Positions 49,967-61,114 of a stretch of DNA of 64,000 nucleotides are shown here, in pieces. This DNA is from Anthoceros angustus (taxonomy: Eukaryota; Plantae; Anthocerotophyta): the NCBI GenBank assembly GCA_010909165.1, contig VJWM01000025.1, positions 62,001 to 126,000 of the forward strand, in the 5' to 3' direction. A program made the translations under genes and the position numbers. The notes below the pieces were generated by a model. That model saw only the letters and a list, made by a program, of their open reading frames with translations. It was not told the DNA's origin and made no database searches. Position 1 is the stretch's first letter. Each line of letters starts with the position of its first letter.

Positions 49967-52504
49967 ATTGCCACAGTATGGCAACCGGACCCGTTGTGGA
50001 CCCAACAAATTGGTGTGTTTACAGGGATCCTTGTAGGAGCTCCGGCTCATCTAACGTCAGGGAGTCCACCCCTGGCAAACAATCAAGCCTCCAGGTGCGG
50101 CAGTGGAAGGAGCTCAGCACTTCCAGTTCCGAGAAAATGGGTGGGTGGAGACAGAAGTTCCAGTGACGGTCGTTGCCAGGAGCAGGAGCACTTGTGGCAA
50201 CAATTCTTTTTGGACCCTACTTTGTGGTGGGATAACAGACGAGATAACGTGTTGATGACCTGATCGTTTCCTTGGATACGCAAATGGGTCATGTTGCCTC
50301 CTTCCAAGTCGAGCTTCCGGATAAGCCTGAACCTGGGAGGCGTGCAGGATCGGAAATGGGCGTCAACGGCTGGAACCGTGAGCATTATCTCAGCAGGAAG
50401 CTGAGGCCGTTGGAGCCCTGGAATCTCTGGCGCAGACAGACTATGCAATCTCAGTCTCTGTTTTACACGTGTTGAAACTGTGTACAGCTGAAGGATTTGG
50501 TTGTGGGCGACGAGTTCATGATCTCGGTACGATTCGAATGCATACTTGGGAACCATATCTTGCGCATGTATGCATGTGGAGGTAGGCTAGAAGGCCATGG
50601 ATATGTTCACCATGGGGCAAACCGGATGCCTTCATGTGGTCTTCCATAATCTCTGCATACAAGCATGGGAAACCTAATGAGGCCATACAACTGTACCATG
50701 AGATGCGTAGGTCAGGAGTGAAGGCGGATGCTCACGTCTTTGTAGCAGCCCTTCAAGCTTGTGCATTTGCCTCGACTTGGAATCTGGCAGAAAGTGCACT
50801 GTGATGTGTTGCACAGTGGCATTCCTACAACTTATTTGTTGGCAACTGCCTGGTGGACATGTATGCAAAATGTGGCAAAATGAAAGATGCGCCAGGTTTT
50901 GACAGCATGGCCACAAAGGATGTGGTGACATGGAATGCCCTGATATCTGGGTATGCAAAATGTGGTGAACTGGAAGATGCACGCCAGGTATTTGACAGTA
51001 TGAACACAAAGAATGTGGTGACATGGAATGCCCTGATTGCTGGATACGCCGAGCACGGGCTGGGACAAGAGGCGCTCGTTGTGTACGAACAAATGGAGCA
51101 GGAGGGTATCATTTTGGCTGACCATGTTACTTTTGCTTGCCTTCTGAAGGCTTGTGCAAGCACTTGTGCCTTACAGAAGGGCAGGCAGCTGCACTCACTC
51201 ATTGTCGAAAGAGGGCTGCTGGATGATGTAGTGGTGGGCACCTGTCTTGTGGACATGTATGCAAAGTGTGGTGAACTGGAAGATGCACACCTGGTTTTTG
51301 ACAGCTCGGCTGCAAAGGATGTGGTGACATGGAATGCTCTGATAGCTGGATATGCACAGCGTGGACTAGGCCAAGAGGCGCTTGGTGTGTATGCACAAAT
51401 GGAGCAAGAAGGCCTCATTTTGGGTGACGATGTTACTTTTGCTTGCCTTCTGAAGGCCTGTGGAAGCACTGGTGCCTTACAGAAGGGCAGGGAGCTGCAC
51501 TGCCAGATTGTGGAAAGAGGACTCCTGGATAATGTGTTGGTGGGCAACAGCCTGGTGGACATGTATGCAAAATGTGGTGAACTGGAAGATGCACGCCAGG
51601 TTTTTGACAGAATGAACACAAAGAATGTGGTGACTTGGAATGCCCTTATATCCGGGTATGGTACTTGTGATGATGGTCAGACAGCACTTGCTTGTTTTGA
51701 GGAGATGTTAGCAGCTGGTGTTCAGCCTGATGGCGCTACGTTCAGCTGCCTTCTAGTAGCATGCAGTCATGAGGGACTAGTCCGTGAGGGTCGCAAGCAC
51801 TTTGATTCCATGGCTGAACAGCATGGCGTCAAACCTACTATTGAGCATTACACCATGATCTACTTGGGCGTTCGGGCCACTTAGATGAGGCTAAGAACAT
51901 CCTCTTGTCATGCGAGGGCCAAAGTGATATTGTAGGATTGATGCCTGTTGAATGCCTGCAAAAGACACGGGGATATAGAGAGGGCGATGTGGTGTTTTGA
52001 AAGCATTGTTAGGCTGGACCCTCAGCGGACATCAGCGTATGTGCTCATGGCCAATGCTTACGCGGATGCAGGTAGGTGGACTGATGTAGACAGGATTGAA
52101 ACACAGAGAATAGTAGCAGGAGCTAACAAGAAACCTGCTGTGGCCACCATTGAGGTGAAGAAGCAGGTACATACGTTTGCTGTGGGGGAAAGGAGAGATG
52201 ATCTTGCGTTAAAGCTAGAGAGCACGAATGCCCGTCTGAAGCAGGAAGGAGGCCACATACCTCATACAAAGTTGGTGTTGAAGCCACTGTCTGAGAAGGA
52301 AAAGGAAGATGCGCTTTGTGGGCATGCTGAGAAGCTAGCCTTAGCGTTTGGTCTGTTGAACACTCCGAGTGGGACACCTCTGGTGGTAACAAAGAATCTA
52401 CGCATGTGCAGTGACTGTCACAGTTCCACGGAGATTATGTCAAGGCTTGAACAGAGACATTGTTGTGAGAGATGGGTACCGTGTGCATCGATTTGCAAAT
52501 GGTT
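49967..52504 (+). pseudogene. Copy F: PLS-PPR (SS + 2 core triplets)-E-DYW:KP with PDF core deleted and last ~8 codons replaced by repeat DNA
   Basis: ORFs 50853-51884 and 51948-52535. WWDNRRDN jumps past the PDF residues. The 3' end switches into the AT-rich repeat at TGCAAATGGTT (52494-52504). Confidence 0.85.
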
Positions 52505-54920
52505 CTCCCGTCCCCAGACGTTGTTAATTAATTAAAATAAGTAAAGCTGAAAATCCAGAAATTATTATACTTAAAATGTTGAATAGGTGAAAATTTGAGT
52601 TTATGATCACAGAAAACAAGATTAGGATTTTGTGGAAAATTAGGGCTTGTTTAGAGGTCTCATACCCATTAGTTATATATATATATACCTATGTATTTTA
52701 ATAAATATTTAAATTTAATAAAATTATTTTTGTAAATTTTAAAATTTTGAAAATATAAATATTTATATTGAACTATCAAAAAATAATTATTTTGGATCCT
52801 GTTGAACCACCCCTGCATAATTATTAGTTCAAAGTTTTGTTAGAAAAAAATGAGGCTAAGTTAAGATGAGGACATATTCATATTAGGGGCTAACAAAAGG
52901 TTGCATGACAAACCTTTTCAAACAATTCACATAAAATACAAACAAACCACAAAAATGCCCGCTTTTAGGGCAGTGCCCACAAATCACAGCATTTTGGTTT
53001 TGTATGCCCATTATAGGAATGCACCAGGGGACTATGGGTTCATGCCCTCAAGGCTTTCTTGACCTCATGTGTGCGCATTTTGCGCGCACCCTGCCCTGCG
53101 CACAGGCCTGTGCCCCGCAGGTGCGCGTGCTGAGTGCGCGGTGCCCCTAAGTGCATGGCAAGCAATGAGTGTGAACCTTCATTGATTTGTGATTAAGATT
53201 TCATTCTAATGTGGACCAATGGGCATAATTACGATCAGTAAGTGTCATGAACTTAAATGTGAGTGTAATGAAATGGTGGTCCATTAAAATTGGCGAGCAA
53301 CCCATTAGTTTTGGGAGCTAGTTTGGAATGGATGGTTTATGAATGATGGTTAAATTTGCTATGTATGTACCATCTAGTTTAGAAGTAATTACTATTTAAT
53401 AATATATATGGTATTTTTTAGTAACTCCGTGATAATCTAAAGTTGGCGAGAATGGACGTACGGTTGAAGTTTAATTGCAAATTCCGATAAGTGTGGTAAT
53501 TTAAATATACCTAAATCACCTTTCGTGTGGCTTGCAACTCCCAGACAAGCGTACGCTGATAGAACACGTATGTGCCATGCCAGGCATACTTTGACGGTAC
53601 AGGTGACTCTGTCCGAACACATCACTACTATGTACGCACCGCCATTTATGACAAGCCTAAAATGACGCTGGGGGTTGCGCGTCATTGACAACCACCGCAG
53701 GAAAACTGCGACGCGGGTTTTGGTGTCAATTGTCCACTTATTGGGACTGGTTCAGTGCCTTTAGAGGTCCCATTAAGGGATCAGATATATTTTCCTATTT
53801 AAACATAATAAAAATATTATAAACTCTAAAATCAAAAAAATACCCAAAAACAAAGAAAATTTTAAATTTTGATTGATAGGTTTCACTAAGAATAACTTTT
53901 ACCACTTCTCATATAGTTGTTTGGCTGCGCTTTCTCGACATCAAAACCTATACTGTCATAGGAAAAAGCTTGGCTTGAGTCTTCAATCACCTAAAGTGTG
54001 CTGAAATAATCGATTCTTTTCTTTCTTTTTAATAGTAAACAAAATTAGTCATTGGGTGAAACTAACATGAATGTATGTTTCAAAAGGTCCCAATTATCAT
54101 TTACAAAAGTCTCATTTATTATATTGTAAACTAAAGGGAGTAGGATGTCCCATTTAGAGAATCCCATTTATAGAGTTCATTAGGGGCATATGGAAGCCTA
54201 TCATTGTTATAAGTCAGAAATGTTGGTGACTTGCTATCACCGATGTCGCACGTCATGATAGCGGCTGAATATGCCACTGCTGGATCAGATGGGATCTTGA
54301 GAGAGTGGGGTTTGGCGGCACCGAGTTTCAACAGGTTTTGACATTCGGCCGGGGCGGCTTAGCGGACCATGGCATCGGTATGGCGGTAGCAGCGAGAAGC
54401 GATATGAGCTAGACCTTGTTACTTTTGCTTACATTTTAAGGTTTGTGGAAGCAATAAAGCAATTATTTTTAATCCTAAGAATTTATATTATTTAATTCTA
54501 GATTTTAGGTGCCATTGAATCTTGTAATTAATGCATTCATCCTTGACCAACCATCATGGCTACCTCTTTGGGTCCTTGAACACTAGTTCAAACATAAACT
54601 CTAAGGCATCAATTAAAATCCTAAGAGGCATGCTAAGTTCTTCAAAACCTTTACCTGGTGGAATCACATGAGTTTTGCTATCATTCTAGTTGATAGGCTC
54701 AGACTAGGGCCATGTTGTCCTCCTCCTCTTGGGCGCATCCTCGGAAGATCGCCCCTCTTGGCCGACATGTCCTCTATACTTGGCCTCTAGAGGGAGGTTC
54801 ACCTCCTTTGCCATATCCAACCTTGTGGACTGGGCATACTCCACTAAGCATGGGCGTGATGGCCACATCACACAGGTAGGGGCCGGATAACTCCTTATTG
54901 CTCGGGTGCCTCCTTCGCCT
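52494..54920. repeat. Indel-rich second copy of the 40957-43768 repeat segment
   Basis: Colinear with 40957 onward (aattaattaaaataagtaaa..., ctaaagttggcgagaatggacgtacgg..., ctagggccatgttgtcc). Confidence 0.85.
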
Positions 54921-55584
54921 CCATTGTAACTCAACTTGTGGGTGTAGGATGTTCACAGGTACCTCCCTGTCTGTACCAAGCAAAACAAATCTAATATGCA
55001 AGTATTGCAAACCAATATGACAGAGAATAACTGCATCGTCACACATCCAGAACAAGCAAATTCCAACACATGCTCCGGTCATGATCCTGGTGAACATATT
55101 GCCAAATCTTTGGCCTCCTCACGCTTGTATTGCATATTTAAAGGGCCTCCTCACAAACACTCTAGTACCGTGTGCATCGATTCAGCTGGTTGTTGCATTG
55201 TAAAGGTCGACCCTGAAAATAATAATGAAGGCGTAGTGCCCAAGTTTGTGCGCTGGAACTTGCTTTTTCCTTGGGGTGATTGTGCTCCCAGTGTGAATGC
55301 GCATGGACATGAATGGCGAACGCTGATCCGCGTCCCATCTGAGACACAATTAGAATCGAATGGATCTCTCTCTTTCTCGAATGAAGAAATCGTGACAGAT
55401 TTCATAATTACACCGTACAAGGCATGACTTGAATGTTGCTGTCAAACTCGAAAGCATAACGTGTCTCTTTGACGGTCAGCAATGCAAAAAGCTACTCACT
55501 CCTTCAGGTGGTGTGGTCATACAGTACCTGGGGATCCTGCCTAGTCTTTTGGTAGAGTCATCTTCCGACAGCGGTCCCTGAACG

Positions 55585-58102
55585 ATGGCCACAGTATGGC
55601 AACCGGACCCGTTGTGGACCCAACAAATTGGGTGTGTACAGGGATCTAGAGGCTCCGCTCTCACCTCAGGAGTCAACCTGGCAAACAACCAAGCCTCCAG
55701 GTGCAGCAGTGTAAGGCCCAGCACTTCCACTTCCGAAAATGGGTGGTGGGGACGGATTTTCCAGCGATGGTCATCGCCAGGAGCAGGAGCACTTGTGGCA
55801 ACAATTTTTCTGGACCCTACCATGTGGTGGGACAACAGACGAGATAAGAAGAGCTCCCGTTCGCCTGACTTCCGGCGTAAGGGGTCCGGCGAGGTCCTGT
55901 GGTTAAACAACGTTTAAGCCAGCTTGGGTTGATGAGCAGCTCGTTTCCTTGGATACGCAGATGGGTCATGGTGCCTTTCCTTCCAAGTCGAGCTCTCCGG
56001 ATAAGCCTGAACCTGGCAGGCGTGAAGGGTCGGGAATGGGCGTCGTAACGGCTGGAACCGTGAGCATGTTATGTCAGCAGGGAAGCTTTCTGAGGCCGTT
56101 GGAGCCCTGGAATCTCTGGCGCAGACAGACTCTGTTTCTCAGTCTCTTTTGCTGTGCTGAAACTGTGTACAGCTAAGAAGGATTTGGTTGTGGGCGACGA
56201 GTTCATGATCTCACTGTCAAACTTGGGTATGAGTCATTCCTTTGGGGAACCATATCTTGCGCATGTATGCATGTGGAGGTAGGCTGCAGGAGGCCATGGA
56301 TGTGTTCACCAGGGTGGGCAAACCAGATGCCTTCATGTGGTCTTCCATAATCTCTGCATGCTAAGCATGGGAAACCTAGAGGCCATACAACTGTACCATG
56401 AGATGCGTAGGTCAGGAGTGAAGGCGGATGCTCACGTCTTGTAGCTGCCCTTCAAGCTTGTGCATTTGCCGCCGACTTGGAATCTGGCAGAAAGTGCACT
56501 GTGATGTGCACAGTGGCATTCCTACTAACTTGTTTGTTGGCAACTGCCTGGTGGACATGTATGCAAAATGTGGCGAACTGAAAGATGCACGCCAGGTTTT
56601 GACAGCATGGCCACAAAGGATGTGGTGACATGGAATGCCCTGATTGCTGGGTATGCACAGCAAGGCTCGGCCAAGAGGCGCTTGTGTATGGACAAATGGA
56701 GCAGGGCCTTGATTTTGGCTGACCATGTTACTTTTGCTTGCCTTCTGAAGGCCTGTGCAAGCACTGGTGCCTTACAGAAGGGCAGGCAGCTGCACTCACA
56801 GATTGTGAAGAGGACTGCTGGATGTAAGTGTTGGCAACTGCCTGGTGGACATGTATGCAAAATGTGGTGAACTGGAAGATGCACGCCAGGTTTTGACAGC
56901 TTGGCCACAAAGGATGTGGTGACATGGACCGCCCTGATTGCTGGGTATGCAGCAACTCGCCTGAGGCTTGTTCTGTATGGACAAATGGAGGAGGGGCCTG
57001 ATTTTGGCTAACATGTTACTTTTGCCTTCTGAAGGCCTGTGCAAGCACTGGTGCCTTACAGAAGGGCAGGCAGCTGCACTCACAGATTGTGGAGGACTGC
57101 TGGATAACATGTGGTGGGCACCTGCCTGGTGGACATGTATGCAAAATGTGGTGAACTGGAAGATGCACGCCAGGTTTTGACAGCATGACACAAATGTGGT
57201 GACATGGAATGCCCTGATATCTGGTATGGTGCTTGACGAAGGTCACAAGGCACTAGCTTGTTTTGAGGAGATGTTAGTGGCCGGAATTCAGCCTGATGAT
57301 GCAACTTTACTTGCCTTCTAGTAGCATGCAGTCATGAGGACTGGTGGTTGAGGGTCAAGCACTTTGATTCCATGGCTGAACAGCATGGCATCACGCCTAC
57401 CACTGAACATCACAATTGCATGATTGATCTTCTTGGGCGTGCAGGCCATCTAGATGAGGCAGAGAAGATGCTATTGTCATGTGAGGGCCAAAGTAATGTG
57501 GTGGGCTTGACGTCTTTGTTGAATGCCTGCAAAAGTCATGGGGATATAACGAGGGCTTTCCGGTGTTTTGAAAGAATTATTAGGCTGGACCCTCAATGGG
57601 CGCCTGCGTATGTGCTCATGGCCAAAGCCTACGCCGATACAGGTAGGTGGAGCGATGTAGACAGGATTGAAACCCAGAGAATGGCAGCAGGAGCTAATAA
57701 GAAACCTGCAGTGGCGACCATTGAGGTGAAGAAGCAGGTACATACATTTGCGGTGGGAGAAAGAAGAGATGATCTTGCACTTGAAGGTAGAGCACGAATG
57801 CACGTCTGAAGCAGGAAGGAGGCCACATGCCTCACACAAAGTTGGTGTTGAAGCCACTGTCTGAGAAGGAAAAGGAAGATGCGCTTTGTGGGCATGCTGA
57901 GAAGCTAGCTCTGGCGTTTGGTCTGTTGAACACTCCCAGTGGGACACCTCTGGTGGTAACGAAGAATCTACGCATGTGCAGTGACTGCCACAGTTCCACG
58001 GAGATTATGTCAAGGCTTGAACAGAGAGACATTGTTGTGAGAGATGGGTACCGTGTGCATCGATTCGCAGCTGGTTGTTGCAGTTGTAAAGGCCGACCGT
58101 GA
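55585..58102 (+). CDS. Copy G: PDF motif + PLS-PPR (2 core triplets) + E1-E2 + DYW:KP (GRP); frameshifted as assembled
   Basis: [33 protein letters not shown] in ORF 55585-55917. ORF 57827-58102 ends HAEKLA..CSDCH..KGRP. Confidence 0.9.
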
Positions 58103-58462
58103 ACTTGAACAAGTAGTCCGTGCCCAAGTTTGTGCATCGGAGAACATTTCTTTTTTCCTTAGGGGAGAATGTGCCTGATTAACACATGGACATGGATTGC
58201 TAACGCTGATCCGCCTCTCATCGTAACAGACACCATCAGAATCGAATGAATCTTCTCTTTCTGGAACAAAGAAACTGTAGACAGATTTTTCGTAGATGGA
58301 AGCGTGAGCCGATTGCCTCCCAAACTCCGAGACCATTATGTGTGTGGGTAAGCAATTCAGAACAGTCTGCTCACTCGTCAGGGTGGTGCAGACCTGCATC
58401 AGTACCTGGATCTGCTTTGTCTTTTTGTTAGAGTAATCTTCCGACAGCAGTCTTCCTTAAGC

Positions 58463-60667
58463 ATTGCCACAGTATGGCAACCGGACCCTGTGGACCCAAC
58501 AAATTGGTGTGTACAGGATCCTTGTAGGAGCTCCGCTCTCATAACGTCAGGGGTCACCTGGCAAACTCAACTCCAGGTGCGGCAGTGGAGCCAGCACTTC
58601 CAGTTCAATGGGTGGGTGGGACAGAAGTTCCAGTGACGGTCGTTGCCAGGAGCAGGAGCACTTGTGGCAACAATTCTTTTTGGACCCTACTTTGTGGTGG
58701 GATAACAGACGAGATAACGTGTTGATGACCTGATCGTTTCCTTGGATACGCAAATGGGTCATGTTGCCTCTCCTTCCAAGTCGACCTTTCCGGATAAGTC
58801 TAAACCTGGGAGGCGTGCAGGATCGGAAATGGGCGTCGTAACGGCTGGAACCGTCAGCATGTTATCTCAGGTAGGGAAGCTTTGTGTGGCCGTTGAAGCC
58901 CTGGAATCTCTGGCGCAGACAGACTATGCAATCCCTCAGTCTCTGTTTTACACTGTGTTGAAACTGTGTACAGCTATGAAGGATTGGGTTGTGGGCCGAC
59001 GAGTGCATGATCTCGCTGCGTACGATTCGAATGCGTACTTGGGGAACCATATCTTGCGCATGTATGCATGTGGAGGTAGGCTAGACCAGGCCATGGATAT
59101 GTTCACCCGGGTCGGGAAACCGGATGCCTTCATGTGGTCTTCCATAATCTCCGCATATGCCAAGCATGGGAAACCTAATGAGGCCATACAACTGTACAAC
59201 GAGATGCGTAGGTCAGGAGTGAAGGCGGATGCTCACGTCTTTGTAGCAGCTGCCTTCACGCTTGTGCCACCGACTTGAATCTGGCAGAAAAATACTTGTG
59301 TGCTGGCATTCCTAACTTGTTTGTTGGCAACTGCCTGGTGGACATGTATGCAAAATGTTGAACTGAAACGCCAGGACAGGCCACAAAGGTTGGTGACATG
59401 GAATGCTCTCATATCTGGGTATAAAATGTGGTGAACTGAAGATGCACGCCAGGTTTTGACATGAAGCAAAGAATGTGGTGACATGGAATGCCCTGATTGG
59501 TGCGCAAGGCTCTGGACATGAGGCGCTTGTTCTGTATGGACACATGGAGTAGGAGGGACGCATTTTGGCTGACAATTTTACTTTTGCTTGCCTTCTAAAG
59601 GCTTTTGCAAGCAGTGGTGCCTTACAGAAGGGCAGGGAGCTGCACTCACAGATTGTGGAAAAAGGACTGCTGGATGTCATAATGGTGGGCACCTGCCTTG
59701 TGGACAAGGATGCAAAATGTTGTGAACTGGAAGATGCACGCCAGGTCTTTGACAGCATGATCACAAAGAATGTGGTGACATGGAATGCCCTTATATCCGG
59801 GTATGGAACTTGTGACGATGTCAGAGAGCACTAGCTTGTTTCGAGGAGATTTTAGCAGCCGGTGTGCAGCCTGATAGTGCTACGTTTAACTGCCTTCTAG
59901 TGGCATACAGTCATGAGGGACTAGTCTGCGCGGGTCGACAGCTCTTTGAATCCATGGCTGAACAGCATGGCGTCAAACCTACTATTGAGCATTACCATGA
60001 TCTGGGGCGTTCAGGCCATTTAGATGAGGCAAGAACATGTTTTATCATGCGAGGGCCAAAGTGATATTGTAGGATTGATGCCTGTTGAATGCCTGCAAAA
60101 GACACGGGGATATAGAGAGGGTGATGTGGTGTTTTGAAAGCATTGTTAGTCTGGACCCTGAGCGGGCGTCTGCGCATGTGCTCATGGCCAATGCCTACGC
60201 AGATGCAGGGATGTGGACCGATGTACGCACGATTGAAACAGAGCGAATGGCTGCAGGAGCGAAAAAGAAACCTGCAGTGGCGGCCATTGAGTTGAAGAAG
60301 CAGGTACATACATTTGCGGCGGGGGAATGAAGGGAGGATATTGCGCTCAAGTCAGAGCACGAATGCGCGTCTGAAGCAGGAAGGAGGCCATGTACCTCAC
60401 ACAAAGTTGGTGTTGAAGCCCCTGTCGGAGACGGAAAAGGAAGATGCGTTTTGTGGGCATGCTGAGAAGCTAGCTGTGGCGTTTGGTCTCTTGAATACTC
60501 CGAGTGGCAACCTCTGGTGGTGACTAAGAATCTACGGATGTGCAGTGACTGCCATATTCCACGGAGATTATGCCAAGGCTTGAACAAAGAGACATCGTTG
60601 TAAGGGATGGGTATCGTGTGCATCGATTTGCAAATGGTTGTTGCAGAGTTGCAAGCGTCGACCGTGA
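58463..60667 (+). pseudogene. Copy H: PLS-PPR (SS + 1 core triplet)-E-DYW:KP, PDF core deleted, more diverged
   Basis: ORFs 58742-59278, 59565-59834, 60085-60330 and 60314-60523 ([19 protein letters not shown]). It ends aagcgtcgaccgtga (KRRP*). Confidence 0.8.
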
Positions 60668-60748
60668 ATAATGAATAGTTAGCGAGTGCTTAAGCTTGTG
60701 TTTACGGCAGAGAGTATTGTTTTTTGTTCTTCTTGGTGGATGTGTTTG

Positions 60749-61110
60749 CCTCACATTAACAGGTTTATCCCTTTCCAAACTTGAGACGGAGACACATCCA
60801 CTCACATTAACAGGTTTATCCCTTTCCAAACTTGAGACGGAGACACATCCACTCACATTAACAGGTTTATCCCTCTCCAAACTTGAGACATGGATGGGAA
60901 GACTCACTCATTCAGGTTTTCCTCCAAACTTGAGACATGGACACGGGAAGATTCATCCACTCACATTAACAGGGTTTTTCCTCTCCAAACTTGAGACATG
61001 GACACGGGAAGACTCATCCACTCACATTAACAGGGTTTTCCCTCTCCAAACTTGAGACATGGACACGGGAAGACTCATCCACTCACATTAACAGGTTTTT
61101 CCCTTTCCAC
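60749..61110. repeat. Minisatellite, 51-61-bp units
   Basis: About 6-7 copies of ctcacattaacagg(g)tttt/atccct(t/c)tccaaacttgagac(atggacacgggaagact)catcca. Confidence 0.9.
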
Positions 61111-61114
61111 GATT

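Noticed and set aside
22640-58102. Calling all PPR-DYW copies pseudogenes because of frameshifts
   Set aside because: Lesions are mostly scattered 1-2 nt deletions that also affect TEs and non-coding duplicates. This is typical of unpolished long-read consensus and cannot be decided here.
23461-59831. Numerous ORFs antisense or out of frame to the PPR genes ([13 protein letters not shown]..., [13 protein letters not shown]...)
   Set aside because: These are shadow frames of the repetitive PPR coding sequence.
60749-61110. CRISPR-like array
   Set aside because: Units are contiguous tandem repeats without unique spacers, no cas genes are present, and the context is eukaryotic.
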